A stretch of DNA of 42,576 nucleotides from Clostridia bacterium (lineage in GTDB: Bacteria; Bacillota; Clostridia; UMGS1883; UMGS1540), in NCBI GenBank assembly GCA_045531355.1, contig JAZSDW010000070.1:1-42576 (forward strand). The letters run 5' to 3'. The notes beneath the pieces were generated by a model that saw nothing but the letters and a program-made list of their open reading frames with translations, searched no databases and was not told where the DNA came from. Each line of letters begins with the position of its first letter. The first letter of the stretch is position 1. Made by a program: the position numbers and the translations under genes. Shown piece by piece: positions 1-10,898 of the stretch.

Positions 1-33
1 TCCCTTTTCCGCGATATTCTTCGCCGTCAAACC

Positions 34-915
34 CTACATCAGGAGAAGCGGAGCAGGCTTGCCGCTCCTACCGAATTTGACCATGATGCCCCCGCGTGTG
101 AGCGGTGTGGGCGCATTTTCGGAAAGAACTTCTGCAACTGCCGAGCCAAGGCCGCCGATGATGTTATGCTCTTCCGCCGTCACAACCGCGCCGGTCTTTC
201 TGGCGCTCTTTACGAGCAGCTCTTTGTCAATCGGCTTAATGGTGTGGATGTTAATGACCTCTGCCGAAACACCTTTCTCTGCCAGAATCTTTCCGGCTTC
301 GATGGCTTCCTGCACCATCAGGCCTGTTGCAACAATCGTAACATCTGTGCCTTCGGAAAGCACAATGCCTTTTCCGAGTTCGAACTTATAGCTTGCAGCA
401 TCAAACAATGTGGGAACAGACAGACGACCAAAACGCAGATAGAAGGGGCCACTCGTTTCAATTGCAGCTTTTACTGCCGCGCGGGATTCTACCGCATCCG
501 CAGGGCTGATAACCGTCATGCCCGGCAGCGCACGCATCAGCGCAATGTCTTCAATTGCCTGGTGTGTCGGCCCGTCTTCCCCGACAGAAATGCCGGCGTG
601 CGTGGCGCCGATTTTTACATTGAGTTTCGGATAGCAGACAGCATTCCGGATCTGCTCAAAGGCTCTGCCGGAAGCAAACACCGCAAACGAGCTTGCAAAT
701 ACAGTTTTTCCTGCGGCGGCGAGGCCTGCGGCCGTTGTCATCATATTGGCTTCCGCGATGCCCATGTTGAAAAAGCGCTCCGGGAAAACCTTTTTAAATG
801 TATCCGTTTTGGTGGACTTAGAAAGGTCAGCATCCAAAACCACAAAGTCATATTGTGCGCCAAATTCCGCCAGCGCTTCTCCGTATGCTTCTCTTGTAGC
901 TTTCTTATCAGCCAT
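34..915 (-). CDS. Transketolase C-terminal subunit (pyrimidine-binding and C-terminal domains); homology appears to continue past the TAG at 34-36 to the window edge
   Basis: Motifs ATREAYG, DADLSKST, NMGIAEAN, THAGISVGEDGPTHQ, TAEEHNIIGGLG; overlaps the N-terminal subunit gene; ATG at 915 follows GGAGG (alternative start 921). Confidence 0.93.
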   Translation of the reverse strand: MADKKATREAYGEALAEFGAQYDFVVLDADLSKSTKTDTFKKVFPERFFNMGIAEANMMTTAAGLAAAGKTVFASSFAVFASGRAFEQIRNAVCYPKLNVKIGATHAGISVGEDGPTHQAIEDIALMRALPGMTVISPADAVESRAAVKAAIETSGPFYLRFGRLSVPTLFDAASYKFELGKGIVLSEGTDVTIVATGLMVQEAIEAGKILAEKGVSAEVINIHTIKPIDKELLVKSARKTGAVVTAEEHNIIGGLGSAVAEVLSENAPTPLTRGGIMVKFGRSGKPAPLLLM

Positions 916-1741
916 TTTCAATTACCTCCAAATCCTTCATAGCAATTGCATATTCTTCATCGTTCGGTGCTTTTCCGTGCCAGCCAGCCTGGCCTTCCAT
1001 GTAGGAAACGCCTTTGCCCTTAACGCTCTTTGCGATAACGACGGTGGGCTGTCCTTTCGTGCTCTTTGCTTCTTCCACGGCCTTTTCGAGCGAATCAAAA
1101 TCGTGTGCATCTGCATACACAACATGCCAGCCAAAGGCTTCAAATTTCTTGTCGATCGGCGTGGGGTTCATTACCTTTGTGATGTCGCCATCAATCTGCA
1201 GGCCGTTAAAGTCCACAAATGCCGTTAAATTATCAAGCTTATAGTGTGCCGCGAACATAGCCGCTTCCCACACCTGACCTTCTTCAATTTCGCCATCGCC
1301 CAGAATGGAATATACGCGGTAATCAAGATTATCAATCTTGGCTGCCAGCGCCATGCCGTTTGCAGCACAGATACCCTGCCCTAAAGAGCCGCTGGACATA
1401 TCAACGCCCGGCACACCCTTCATATCCGGATGTCCCTCGAGGTAGCTATCGATACTGCGGAAGCCCTTCAGATCTTCCGTTGGGAAATAGCCGCGCTCCG
1501 CAAGTGCGGCATATAAAGCCGGAGCACAATGTCCCTTGGAAAGTACGAACCGGTCACGATCCGCCTTTTTCGGGTTCTTCGGATCGATGTACATTACATC
1601 AAAATACAGATAGGCCATAATGTCGGCGATACCTAATGAGCCGCCCGGATGTCCCGCGCCGGCGCTGTGTACCTCCGTTACGATATGCTGGCGGATATGA
1701 TTGGCCTTTTCTGCCAGCATTTTCTTCTTGGAATTTTCCAA
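908..1741 (-). CDS. Transketolase N-terminal subunit (TPP-binding)
   Basis: GHPGGSLG, DRDRFVLSKGH, GSLGQG, GDGE TPP motif, WHGKAP; TTG start. Confidence 0.95.
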   Translation of the reverse strand: MENSKKKMLAEKANHIRQHIVTEVHSAGAGHPGGSLGIADIMAYLYFDVMYIDPKNPKKADRDRFVLSKGHCAPALYAALAERGYFPTEDLKGFRSIDSYLEGHPDMKGVPGVDMSSGSLGQGICAANGMALAAKIDNLDYRVYSILGDGEIEEGQVWEAAMFAAHYKLDNLTAFVDFNGLQIDGDITKVMNPTPIDKKFEAFGWHVVYADAHDFDSLEKAVEEAKSTKGQPTVVIAKSVKGKGVSYMEGQAGWHGKAPNDEEYAIAMKDLEVIENG

Positions 1742-1799
1742 AACTTTCGCATCCTTTCAAATCTATTTTCCACCGCGCGCGAATGTGCGCGGAAAGAAA

Positions 1800-2663
1800 C
1801 TATAATAGTGGGCTGAACCCTTGCCCGGTTACCTCACGCGCATCGCTGATAATCACAAAGGCTGCCGGATCGAGTTCCCTGACAATGGATTTTATATGGT
1901 GCATATCGTATCGGTGCATTGTGCAGAGAAGAACGGTTCGCGTTTCCCCTGTATACATGCCAACGCCCTCCAGCTTTGTGACGCCGCGCCCGGTTTCTTC
2001 CATAATGCGTTTTGCAATCTCGTCCCCTTTTTCGCTGATAATGTAAGTGGATTTCGCAGCCGCACCGCCTTCATTTAAAATGTCTACCATGCGGCTGGAA
2101 AGATACATGCCGATTACGGCATACAGCGAAAGCTTCGCATTCCCATAGACCACGCTTTGCAGGGCGATAATCAAAAGGTCGCAAAGCAAGATAGCGCGGC
2201 CAAGCTGCATCGTCGGCTTTTTGGCCTTAATGAGGCACCCCACAATATCCGTTCCTCCCGAGGAGCCGCCCCCGCGAAGCACAAGGCCGTACCCCGCCCC
2301 GATTAAAAGCCCGCCGAAAACGGCGGCAAGGAAAAAATCGTCTCCAATCCCTAAAACCGCAGGGTCAATCTTCCCGACAAGGTCAATTAAAACAGCGTTT
2401 GCAAGCATACCGAAAATGCTTAAAAAGAGAAATTCTCTCCCCAAAACACGCAGGCCCATAATAAAGAGCGGCACATTGATAATGGCATACCAAGTACCAA
2501 CCGAAAGCGGAATCGCCTTAGAAAGCATGTCCGCAAGGCTTGTCGCACCACCCGGCGCAATATGCAGCGGGAGCAAAAAGAAATTTAACGCCAAAGCCGC
2601 CAAAAAGCTTCCCGCAAAAATCAATGCGATGCTTTTAACATACTTCGTCATGTAAAAAATCAA
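1800..2663 (-). CDS. YitT/DUF161 family membrane protein with C-terminal DUF2179
   Basis: IAPGG, GGSSGGTDI, GRGVT..G.GMYTG, DP.AFV motifs; multiple TM segments; start may be ATG 2651. Confidence 0.9.
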   Translation of the reverse strand: MIFYMTKYVKSIALIFAGSFLAALALNFFLLPLHIAPGGATSLADMLSKAIPLSVGTWYAIINVPLFIMGLRVLGREFLFLSIFGMLANAVLIDLVGKIDPAVLGIGDDFFLAAVFGGLLIGAGYGLVLRGGGSSGGTDIVGCLIKAKKPTMQLGRAILLCDLLIIALQSVVYGNAKLSLYAVIGMYLSSRMVDILNEGGAAAKSTYIISEKGDEIAKRIMEETGRGVTKLEGVGMYTGETRTVLLCTMHRYDMHHIKSIVRELDPAAFVIISDAREVTGQGFSPLL

Positions 2664-3021
2664 ACACCTTTCTCAAAAGAAACTCCAGTCTGTCTGCCTC
2701 TCCTTGAAGATACAGATATCCCATCAAGGCCTCCAGCCCTGTCGCATGGCGGTAATGGATAACCTCCGCATGCTTTGGAACTGTGCCGGATTTTGCATTT
2801 CGCCCGCGCCGGAATATCGCATTCTCTTCGTCGGTCAAAAGTGGAAGAATATGTTGCATGGCCCGAAACTGTGCCTCTGCACATACATAATGCGAAGCGC
2901 GCTGGTGTAGCTCGTTTACCTTTGCCGCTTCCATTTCTACCAGACGCTTACGCATATAAAGCCCATAAACCGCATCGCCTACGAAGGCCAGCGGCAGGGG
3001 CGCAGTTACGCTCTGTGCCAT
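2635..3021 (-). CDS. mrnC: Mini-ribonuclease III
   Basis: [32 protein letters not shown]; conserved position after cysS. Confidence 0.92.
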   Translation of the reverse strand: MAQSVTAPLPLAFVGDAVYGLYMRKRLVEMEAAKVNELHQRASHYVCAEAQFRAMQHILPLLTDEENAIFRRGRNAKSGTVPKHAEVIHYRHATGLEALMGYLYLQGEADRLEFLLRKVFDFLHDEVC

Positions 3022-4379
3022 TTTACGCCCTCTCTCGTATCTTCTAAAACAATGCCCATGGAAAGAAGCTCGGCACGAATCTCATCCGCTCTGGCAAAGT
3101 TCTTCTCGCGTCTTGCGGCTTGTCGCTCGGAAATGAGCGCCTCCACCGCGGCATCGGCTTCTTCCTCCCGCTTGCCGGATAAAAGCCCTAACACCCCTGC
3201 CAGCTCTTTCAATACCGCAAGGCAGGCGCCGGCCGCAGATTCCCTGCCACCGTCCAACATAACATTGATGCTTCTGGTCATTTCAAAAAGGGCCGCAATC
3301 GCATCCGCAGTATTCAAATCATCATCCATCGCCGCGAGGAATTTCGCGCGCTTTTCAAGGATTTCCGCCGGCGCCGCTTCTGTGCCTTCCGGCAGAGCCT
3401 CCAGGCGTTCCTTCACTTTATAAAGCCGCTCGAGCCCTGTTTTGGCAGCCGTCATCAGTTCATCGCTGAAATTGATGGGACTGCGGTAATGCGCGGAAAG
3501 CATGAAAAAGCGCACAACCTCCGGCGCATATTTAGCTGTAATATCCCGGACCGTAAAGAAATTCCCCTTGGATTTCGACATTTTCACATTGTCAATATTG
3601 ATATAGCCGTTATGAAGCCAATATCTCGCAAACGGCGCGCCGCCGTGCGCACATTCGCTCTGTGCAATCTCGTTTTCATGGTGCGGAAAAATAAGGTCCT
3701 TGCCGCCGCTGTGAATATCAATCGTTTCCCCTAAAAAGCGGCCGGCCATCGCCGAGCATTCAATATGCCAACCGGGTCTTCCCATGCCCCACGGGCTTTC
3801 CCATGCAATCTCGCTTTCCACCTTGCGCTTTTTCCAGAGCGCAAAATCCAGCGGGTCTTCCTTCCGTTCGTCCACACTAATGCGTGCGCCGGACACAAGC
3901 TCCTCCAGCGGCTGGTGGCTGAGCTTCCCGTATTCCTTGAACTTTTTCGTGGAAAAATACACATCGCCATCCACTTCATACGCATAGCCCTTTTCGATTA
4001 AATCCGAAACAAGCGCAATAATCGCATCAATGTTCTCCGTTGCACGCGGATGTACCGTTGCCGGCTCAATACCGAGTGCCTGGGCGTCTTCATAATACGC
4101 CGCAATATATTTTTCTGCCAGAAGCGGCACCGTGGTATCCTCTTCCTCCGCGCGGCGAATCAGTTTATCGTCTACATCCGTAAAATTCTGCACGAAGGTA
4201 ACCTTATATCCCAAAAAGCGAAGGTACCGGCGCAGCGTATCAAACACAATAAAAGGGCGCGCGTTTCCAATATGGAAATAATTATATACCGTTGGACCGC
4301 AAGAATACATTTTGACCTCACCGGGATTCAGCGGCACAAATTCTTCCTTTTGCCTAGTCATCGTATTATAAAGCTGCAT
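3006..4379 (-). CDS. cysS: Cysteine--tRNA ligase
   Basis: CGPTVY, HIGN, WHIECS, HHENE, KMSKS motifs. Confidence 0.98.
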   Translation of the reverse strand: MQLYNTMTRQKEEFVPLNPGEVKMYSCGPTVYNYFHIGNARPFIVFDTLRRYLRFLGYKVTFVQNFTDVDDKLIRRAEEEDTTVPLLAEKYIAAYYEDAQALGIEPATVHPRATENIDAIIALVSDLIEKGYAYEVDGDVYFSTKKFKEYGKLSHQPLEELVSGARISVDERKEDPLDFALWKKRKVESEIAWESPWGMGRPGWHIECSAMAGRFLGETIDIHSGGKDLIFPHHENEIAQSECAHGGAPFARYWLHNGYINIDNVKMSKSKGNFFTVRDITAKYAPEVVRFFMLSAHYRSPINFSDELMTAAKTGLERLYKVKERLEALPEGTEAAPAEILEKRAKFLAAMDDDLNTADAIAALFEMTRSINVMLDGGRESAAGACLAVLKELAGVLGLLSGKREEEADAAVEALISERQAARREKNFARADEIRAELLSMGIVLEDTREGVKWHRA

Positions 4380-4456
4380 ACCAAAAATTCCTTTCGTTTT
4401 AAACGCACAAAAAGCCTTGCCTGCCTTCCGGCAGACAACGCGAGCTTACTTTTAGT

Positions 4457-4485
4457 ATTGTATCATAATTCCCCTAGAAAGTCAA
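4457..4485 (-). promoter_or_regulatory. sigmaA promoter of the cysS operon
   Basis: TTGACT (4485-4480), 17 bp, TG-n-TACAAT (4462-4457). Confidence 0.75.
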
Positions 4486-4588
4486 ACCTTTTTTCGCAGG
4501 ATATGGAAGGGATCTCTTCTGCCGGAAGATGCCGCCGACAAAGCGGTGTGCGTTTACAAAAAATTTACATCCTGTCGTCAAAAAAGCC

Positions 4589-4617
4589 TTGCTTCCCCTT
4601 CTTCCCTATGGTATACT
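4589..4617 (+). promoter_or_regulatory. sigmaA promoter of the 4644 gene
   Basis: TTGCTT, 17 bp, TG-n-TATACT; GGAGG RBS before ATG 4644. Confidence 0.7.
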
Positions 4618-4643
4618 GAATGCGAATGGAGGCGTAATGCAGT

Positions 4644-5291
4644 ATGACGGAAAAGCCAAAGGGTTTTAAGCAAAAATGGGAAAATTATTGGTATCATCAT
4701 AAATTCGAAACGCTAATTGCTCTCTTTTTCGTTGCCAGCGCACTTGTGCTTGGCATTGATGTTGCGCAGAAAAAGGACCCGGATATGGTGATTGCCTATG
4801 TCAGTGAAGCTTATGGGGATGAGATGCAGTTCCGGCATGTTGAGGATTCCTTCCGCCACATTGTTGGGGATATCAACGGGGACGGGTTCGAAAAAATCAA
4901 CTATCGTTTTATGGTCATCCGCAAAACCTTTATGGATTCCTACAGTCTCAGCCAGGAGCAGCATTTCAACTATTCCTTTTTAGACAAGGATGTGCGTCTT
5001 TATATCATTGAAGAGAAATTTTTTGGAGAAAAAGCGCTCTATTTTGAGCCGCTGGAGGATCTGGTGCCCGCTGATGTTTTGGAGGGCGGTCTCCGAAATG
5101 CCGAGGGTGAAATTTGCGCCGTGCCGCTCCTTTCCTGCGCGCTTGCTGCGGATATGGATTGCGCCCGCGAGGAGCTTTATGTGGCGCTCAAGCGCAAAAT
5201 GGATACGGAAAAGCATGATAAGCTTGTCCCGCTGCAACAGGAAAAAGCCTTTTCACTTTTACGGTATATCATAGAAGGAGAACCCGCATAA
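4644..5291 (+). CDS. Hypothetical membrane-anchored protein (N-terminal W/Y-rich segment, one TM helix, extracellular domain)
   Basis: Promoter and RBS present; KWENYWYHHK followed by a hydrophobic helix; terminator downstream. Confidence 0.8.
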   Translation: MTEKPKGFKQKWENYWYHHKFETLIALFFVASALVLGIDVAQKKDPDMVIAYVSEAYGDEMQFRHVEDSFRHIVGDINGDGFEKINYRFMVIRKTFMDSYSLSQEQHFNYSFLDKDVRLYIIEEKFFGEKALYFEPLEDLVPADVLEGGLRNAEGEICAVPLLSCALAADMDCAREELYVALKRKMDTEKHDKLVPLQQEKAFSLLRYIIEGEPA

Positions 5292-5306
5292 ACCTTCCTC
5301 TGTTAC

Positions 5307-5345
5307 AAAAAGCCGACAGGAAATGTCCCGTCGGCTTTTTTTATT
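5307..5345. terminator. Bidirectional intrinsic terminator
   Basis: AAAAAGCCGAC...GTCGGCTTTTT between convergent genes. Confidence 0.85.
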
Positions 5346-8181
5346 TTTTCCACTCTCCGTATAGCATCTTGGATAAAAACTGTCCGGTATACGAATTTTT
5401 ATTTTTGGCAATTTCCTCAGGCGTTCCTTCCGCGATTAATCTGCCGCCGCCGTCACCGCCCTCCGGCCCCATGTCGAGAATATAATCGGCCGTTTTAATC
5501 ACATCGAGATTATGCTCGATGACAATGACCGTGTTGCCGCCTTCTACTAATCGCTGCAAAAGCTCGACAAGGCGGTGCACATCTGCCATGTGCAGACCGG
5601 TTGTCGGTTCGTCCAAAATATACACCGTTTTCCCGGTGCTTCGTCTGGAAAGCTCGGTGGCCAGCTTTACCCGTTGTGCCTCACCGCCCGAAAGCAGCGT
5701 CGACGGCTGCCCCAGTTTAATGTAGCCGAGCCCCACATCGTATAAGGTTTGCAGTTTCCTTCGGATTCGGGGATGGTTTTCAAAAAATCCCAGTGCCTCC
5801 TCCACCGTCATGTCCAGCACTTCAAATATATTCTTACCTTTGTAGGTAACTTCCAGCGTTTCCCGATTGTACCGTTTCCCCTTGCAGACCTCACAGGGTA
5901 CATACACATCCGGCAGAAAGTGCATTTCGATTTTGATAATGCCATCACCTGCACAGGCCTCACAGCGTCCGCCTTTGACATTGAAGCTGAACCGCCCCGG
6001 GGCATAGCCGCGCGCCTTCGCTTCGTTTGCACCGGCAAAAATCGTGCGGATATCCGTAAAAAGCCCCGTATAGGTTGCAGGATTTGAACGCGGTGTTTTC
6101 CCGATTGGCGACTGGTCAATGGCAATCACCTTGTCAAGATGCTCCAGACCTTCTACTTTATCACAGGCGCCCGGCACGCACTGGGCACGATTGAGCTCCG
6201 CCGCCAGCGTCTTGTAGAGAATTTCATTGACAAACGAGCTTTTCCCGGAACCGGATACCCCTGTCACACACACAAGCATGCCAAGCGGTACGGAAATATC
6301 TATATTTTTAAGATTGTTCTGTCTTGCGCCCGTGACCTTTAAAACCCGTCCATCCGGCTTTCGCCGCATCGCAGGGACACCGATTTTCTTCTTACCGGAA
6401 AGATACAGACCCGTTTCCGAAGCGGGATTGGCCTTGATTTCTTCCACGGTACCCTCTGCGACAATCTCGCCGCCATGCACACCCGCCCCCGGACCAATGT
6501 CCACAATATGGTCGGCTTCATACATCGTCTCCTCGTCATGCTCTACCACAATCAGCGTATTTCCCATATCGCGCAAATTCTTAAGCGCGGTAAGCAATTT
6601 CTGATTATCCCGCTGATGCAGTCCGATGCTCGGCTCGTCCAGAATATACAAAACACCCATAAGGCCGGAACCGATCTGCGTTGCCAGCCGAATCCGCTGC
6701 GCCTCACCGCCGGAAAGTGTGCCGGCAGAGCGGGAAAGTGTTAAATAGGAAAGTCCCACATTCTGCAAAAAGCCAAGGCGGGCACGGATTTCTTTTAAAA
6801 TCTGTGCCGCAATGGCGCTCTCCTTTTCTGAAAGCTTCAAATCATCAAAAAACTGCAGAATTTTGTCAACCGAGAGGTCCGTAAGCTGGCGGATGTTGAG
6901 CCCGCCGACCGTTACTGCCAGAATCTCCGGGCGCAGGCGCGCGCCGTGGCATGCCGCACACGCTCTGTCCAGCATGTATCCTTCTAGCTCTGCCTTGGCC
7001 CATTCCGAGGTCGTTTCCCGATACCGCCGCTCCAGGTTCGGTATAATGCCCTCATAGGGGGCCTGATAGGTGCCGCTCCCGTAGGCGCGCGTATAGGAAT
7101 AGGTGATTTTTTCCTCTCCGGTGCCATATAAAATTTTGTCGACAATTTCCGGCGGAAGCTTTTCTACCGGCGTATCCAGACTAAACCCATAGTGCGCGGC
7201 CAGCCCCTGAAAATACATATTCGCCATGGCGCCGCCATGGTCTCCCACTACCCAGCCGCCAGCCGAAAACGCTCCCTCCAAAATGGATTTTTCGGGACTG
7301 CGCAGAACGAGCTTTGGGTCAATCCGCTTTAAAACGCCAAGTCCGGCACAATCCGGGCAAGCCCCGAAGGGGCTGTTAAACGAAAAGGAGCGTGGGGTCA
7401 ATTCTTCAATATTGATGCCGCAAGCCTCGCAGGCATAGTTCTGGCTGAAGGTCATGCACGCACCATCCACAATCTGCACGAGGCAAAGCCCTTCTGCAAG
7501 CGAGAGCGCCGTTTCGAGAGAATCGGCAAGCCGTGCGCGTATATCCGGCCGGATTACAAGCCTGTCTACCACAATTTCAATGGTATGTTTTTTCTTTTTA
7601 TCCAGCGCGAAGGTTTCATCCAGTTCGTGCATTTCGCCATCAACCCGGACGCGCACATAGCCGGCTTTTCTTGCCGACGCAAACACCTTCTGGTGCTCCC
7701 CTTTTTTTGCACGGATGACCGGCGCTAAAAGCAGAATCCGTGTACCCTCCGGAAGATTCCGAATCGTATCCACCATCTGGTCGATTGTCTGCCTTTGGAT
7801 TTCCTTGCCGCACTTTGGACAATGCGGCACGCCGATCCGCGCGTAGAGAAGGCGCAGATAATCATAAATTTCCGTGACCGTCCCCACGGTGGAACGCGGG
7901 TTTTTGCTCGTCGTTTTCTGGTCAATCGAAATCGCAGGGGAAAGCCCTTCAATGTATTCCACATCCGGTTTTTCCATCTGTCCCAAAAATTGCCGCGCAT
8001 ACGAAGAAAGGCTTTCAACATACCGCCTTTGCCCTTCGGCATAAATCGTATCGAACGCCAGCGAAGTTTTTCCGCTCCCGGAAAGCCCTGTAAAGACAAT
8101 CAGTTTGTTGCGCGGCAATGTAATATCTATGTTTTTCAGGTTGTGCACCTTGGCACCGCGAATCACAATTTTATCCTGCAT
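5341..8181 (-). CDS. uvrA: Excinuclease ABC subunit A
   Basis: Two Walker A motifs ([16 protein letters not shown]), LSGGEAQR twice, CxxC zinc fingers, 946 aa. Confidence 0.99.
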   Translation of the reverse strand: MQDKIVIRGAKVHNLKNIDITLPRNKLIVFTGLSGSGKTSLAFDTIYAEGQRRYVESLSSYARQFLGQMEKPDVEYIEGLSPAISIDQKTTSKNPRSTVGTVTEIYDYLRLLYARIGVPHCPKCGKEIQRQTIDQMVDTIRNLPEGTRILLLAPVIRAKKGEHQKVFASARKAGYVRVRVDGEMHELDETFALDKKKKHTIEIVVDRLVIRPDIRARLADSLETALSLAEGLCLVQIVDGACMTFSQNYACEACGINIEELTPRSFSFNSPFGACPDCAGLGVLKRIDPKLVLRSPEKSILEGAFSAGGWVVGDHGGAMANMYFQGLAAHYGFSLDTPVEKLPPEIVDKILYGTGEEKITYSYTRAYGSGTYQAPYEGIIPNLERRYRETTSEWAKAELEGYMLDRACAACHGARLRPEILAVTVGGLNIRQLTDLSVDKILQFFDDLKLSEKESAIAAQILKEIRARLGFLQNVGLSYLTLSRSAGTLSGGEAQRIRLATQIGSGLMGVLYILDEPSIGLHQRDNQKLLTALKNLRDMGNTLIVVEHDEETMYEADHIVDIGPGAGVHGGEIVAEGTVEEIKANPASETGLYLSGKKKIGVPAMRRKPDGRVLKVTGARQNNLKNIDISVPLGMLVCVTGVSGSGKSSFVNEILYKTLAAELNRAQCVPGACDKVEGLEHLDKVIAIDQSPIGKTPRSNPATYTGLFTDIRTIFAGANEAKARGYAPGRFSFNVKGGRCEACAGDGIIKIEMHFLPDVYVPCEVCKGKRYNRETLEVTYKGKNIFEVLDMTVEEALGFFENHPRIRRKLQTLYDVGLGYIKLGQPSTLLSGGEAQRVKLATELSRRSTGKTVYILDEPTTGLHMADVHRLVELLQRLVEGGNTVIVIEHNLDVIKTADYILDMGPEGGDGGGRLIAEGTPEEIAKNKNSYTGQFLSKMLYGEWKK

Positions 8182-8204
8182 GCTTTTTCATTCCTTATCG
8201 GTTT

Positions 8205-9464
8205 TTACTTTTTGAGTTCTTCCATAAAGGCATGTATGGCGCTCTCAAATTTATTGTCGCCCGGCTTATAATACACCTTATCCAAAAGCACATCCGGCAA
8301 GTACTGCTGGCGGACATAATGTCCCGGGAAGGCATGGGGATACTGATAGGTAAGCCCGCGCCCCATTTTCGCCGCCCCCGCATAATGTGCATCGCGAAGA
8401 TGTGCAGGAATCTCCCCTGTTTTTCCATTTTCCACATCAGAAAGCGCTGCATCGATAGCCGAGATGGCGCTATTGCTTTTTGGCGCCGTTGCCAGAAGCA
8501 GTACGGCCTCCGCCAGCGGGATCCGCGCTTCCGGAAAGCCCAACTGTAGCGCGCTATCCACACACGCTTTCGTAACCGAAACGGCCTGCGGATAGGCAAG
8601 ACCAACATCCTCTGCCGCAATAACCAAAAGTCGCCGGCAAATGCTGATTAAATCGCCTCCGGCCACAAGGCGGGCCAGATAATGCACCGCCGCATCCGGA
8701 TCGCTCCCACGGATCGATTTCTGAAAAGCGCTCAAAATATCATAATGGCTGTCGCCGTCCCGGTCATACCGCATACCGCGGCCGGAAAGACATTCTGCCG
8801 CAAGTTCTGCTGAAATTGAAATTTCGCCTTTCTCGTTCATCGGCGCCGTCCGCGCCGCGACCTCCAGGGCTGTCACCGCCTTCCGGACATCGCCGCCGGC
8901 CGCCTCCGCCATATACGCACAAACCGATTCCGTTAACATTACCGGCATGCCTTCCTTTTGCAAAATCGAGACGGCGCGCCAAAGCGCTTCCATAATGTCG
9001 GCAGGCTCTACCGGGCGAAACTCCAAAACCGTAGAGCGGGATAGTATGGCATTGTAAATATAAAAATACGGATTTTCCGTTGTGCTGGCGATGAGTGTGA
9101 TGCGGCCGTCCTCAATAAACTCAAGAAGGGACTGCTGCTGTTTTTTATTGAAATTCTGAATTTCGTCGAGATATAAAAGCACACCGCCGAGACCTGCAAA
9201 ACCGTCCAGCTCTGCAACAATCGCCTTGATATCCGCTACCGACGCATTGGTAGCATTCAGGCGATGCAGGCGTTTCCCCGTCCGCTCTGCAAGCATCGAG
9301 GCAACTGTTGTTTTCCCCGTGCCGCTCGGGCCGTAAAATATCATATTGGACACCTGTCCGGTAGAAAGCATGCTGTTTAAAAGCTTTCCTTCTCCCAGAA
9401 GATGTTTTTGCCCCACAACTTCCTCGGGCGTTTTGGGGCGTATTCTGTCTGCAAGTGGCTGCAT
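8205..9464 (-). CDS. rarA: Replication-associated recombination protein A (AAA+, MgsA/RarA)
   Basis: [49 protein letters not shown]; start moved to ATG 9464, which follows an AGGA/GAGG RBS. Confidence 0.95.
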   Translation of the reverse strand: MQPLADRIRPKTPEEVVGQKHLLGEGKLLNSMLSTGQVSNMIFYGPSGTGKTTVASMLAERTGKRLHRLNATNASVADIKAIVAELDGFAGLGGVLLYLDEIQNFNKKQQQSLLEFIEDGRITLIASTTENPYFYIYNAILSRSTVLEFRPVEPADIMEALWRAVSILQKEGMPVMLTESVCAYMAEAAGGDVRKAVTALEVAARTAPMNEKGEISISAELAAECLSGRGMRYDRDGDSHYDILSAFQKSIRGSDPDAAVHYLARLVAGGDLISICRRLLVIAAEDVGLAYPQAVSVTKACVDSALQLGFPEARIPLAEAVLLLATAPKSNSAISAIDAALSDVENGKTGEIPAHLRDAHYAGAAKMGRGLTYQYPHAFPGHYVRQQYLPDVLLDKVYYKPGDNKFESAIHAFMEELKK

Positions 9465-9495
9465 ATCCCTCTTCCTTTCTGCACACAATATGAAA

Positions 9496-9524
9496 AGTAT
9501 ATCATATTTACAGAAAAAATACAA
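9496..9524 (-). promoter_or_regulatory. sigmaA promoter of rarA-uvrA
   Basis: TTGTAT, 17 bp, TG-n-TATACT. Confidence 0.65.
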
Positions 9525-9557
9525 GAAAAAAGGGAGATATGTCCGGAAAAATCTGCA

Positions 9558-9592
9558 AAAAAGAGGAGCGTACATCGCTCCCCTCTTCTTTA
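9558..9592 (-). terminator. Probable spoIVB terminator
   Basis: AAGAGGAGCG/CGCTCCCCTCTT imperfect stem; A-run on the plus strand gives a U-tail on the minus strand. Confidence 0.6.
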
Positions 9593-9613
9593 TAATTCTC
9601 TTTTCCCTTTCTT

Positions 9614-10816
9614 CTATGCGTTTTCCAGCATGTTTTCTATAAAAATTCCATAGCCCCGCGCTGGGTCATTCACAAACACATGCGTAATGGCACCGATAAG
9701 TTTTCCGTTTTGTTCGATGGGGCTGCCACTCATTCCCTGAATAATGCCGCCTGTATATGCCAGAAGTCTTTCGTCGGTAATCCGCAGGCACATACTTTTG
9801 GTTTCCTCGCTCTGGCGTGGATACACCGCCTCAATTTCAGCCGCATACGCACGGGGCTTGCCGCCTTCAATGTCGCTATACACGATGCAAGGCCCCTTTT
9901 CCACCTCATTGGAAAGCCCCAAAGGCAAGATTTTGCCTCCTGCCGCGCCGGAAAGCGTGCCATAAATGCCGACAGCTGTATTTTCGGCAATGGTTCCGAT
10001 TTCCTCGCCAAAGACTCCTTGTACGGCGCCGGGTGCACCCCGCTCCCCTTTTTGAATGTGGGTAATATCCATGGCCGTTACGGCACCCTTTTCAACCGAT
10101 ACCACGGTTTTGGTGTCCGCATCCGCGATGGCATGTCCCAGTGCACCAAAACGCCCGCTTTCCGGTCGGGAAAAAGTCAGCGTGCCGACACCGGCAGCAC
10201 TGTCCCGTACCCAAAGCCCCAGTTTATATGCCGCACCCTCCGCATAATAGACCGGCTGAATCGAAAGCGTTTGCTTCTGTCCGTCACGCTCGCGTTCGAT
10301 TTCAAGCGGCATTCCTGCGCTTTCAGCAACAGTCTTTGTCAGCATTTCGCTGTTTTGAATCGGTTTGCCGTTCACCGTGAGAATACGGTCACCCGCCCGG
10401 ATGCCGGCTTTCTTTCCCGGTGCAATGCCGGTGCCAGGAATTTCCGAAAGGCCAATCACCAAAACGCCATCCATATACATTTTAATTCCTACGAGCTCAC
10501 CTAAAACCTCTACTGCATCTTCCTCAACCACCCGCACATTCACAGTCTTACCAAAAAGACCAAGCGAGGAAAAGCGGAGCTGAAAATCGCCGGGCGTGGT
10601 TGGTGTCACACTTAAATTCGGCCCATTTTTTGCAAACAAAAAGCCGGCCTCCGTCGCCGAAGGTGCGACGAAAGCCGGAAGTGTGTGCGCCTTGCCTTTC
10701 AGGAGTGTCAACGCCGGCGGCAACCCCGAAAGCTGCCCAAAACCGCACATCGAAACTAAAAGCGCGCCCGCCACTACATACAACACGATTCGTTTAAAAA
10801 ATCGCAACTGTCTCAC
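9614..10816 (-). CDS. spoIVB: SpoIVB serine peptidase (PDZ plus S55 domain)
   Basis: GLWVRDSAAGVGTLTF, FGALGH, GIIQGMSGSP, GAITHVFVNDP; start may be TTG 10807 after GAGGTG. Confidence 0.95.
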   Translation of the reverse strand: MRQLRFFKRIVLYVVAGALLVSMCGFGQLSGLPPALTLLKGKAHTLPAFVAPSATEAGFLFAKNGPNLSVTPTTPGDFQLRFSSLGLFGKTVNVRVVEEDAVEVLGELVGIKMYMDGVLVIGLSEIPGTGIAPGKKAGIRAGDRILTVNGKPIQNSEMLTKTVAESAGMPLEIERERDGQKQTLSIQPVYYAEGAAYKLGLWVRDSAAGVGTLTFSRPESGRFGALGHAIADADTKTVVSVEKGAVTAMDITHIQKGERGAPGAVQGVFGEEIGTIAENTAVGIYGTLSGAAGGKILPLGLSNEVEKGPCIVYSDIEGGKPRAYAAEIEAVYPRQSEETKSMCLRITDERLLAYTGGIIQGMSGSPIEQNGKLIGAITHVFVNDPARGYGIFIENMLENA

Positions 10817-10898
10817 CTCGCCATTATTTTTTCCGTCTTTGACGAGGATATGAGCATTAAATTTTGTTAATTTGTTTTTGGGAAAATTTGTTAAACTT

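Noticed and set aside
34-36. TAG stop-codon reassignment
   Set aside because: TAG ends yitT (1800), spoIVB (9614), aroC (17288) and htpG (40041) at their expected C-termini, so the standard code applies.
4417-4438. SRP RNA, suggested by the CCGGAAGG loop
   Set aside because: It lacks the conserved CAGG...AGCA internal loop and the length of SRP RNA.
9465-9610. LexA/SOS box for rarA-uvrA
   Set aside because: No GAAC-N4-GTTC is visible around the promoter.
10825-10855. sigmaF promoter for spoIVB
   Set aside because: A GGAAAAAATA -10-like element is present, but the -35 match and spacing are poor; not supportable.
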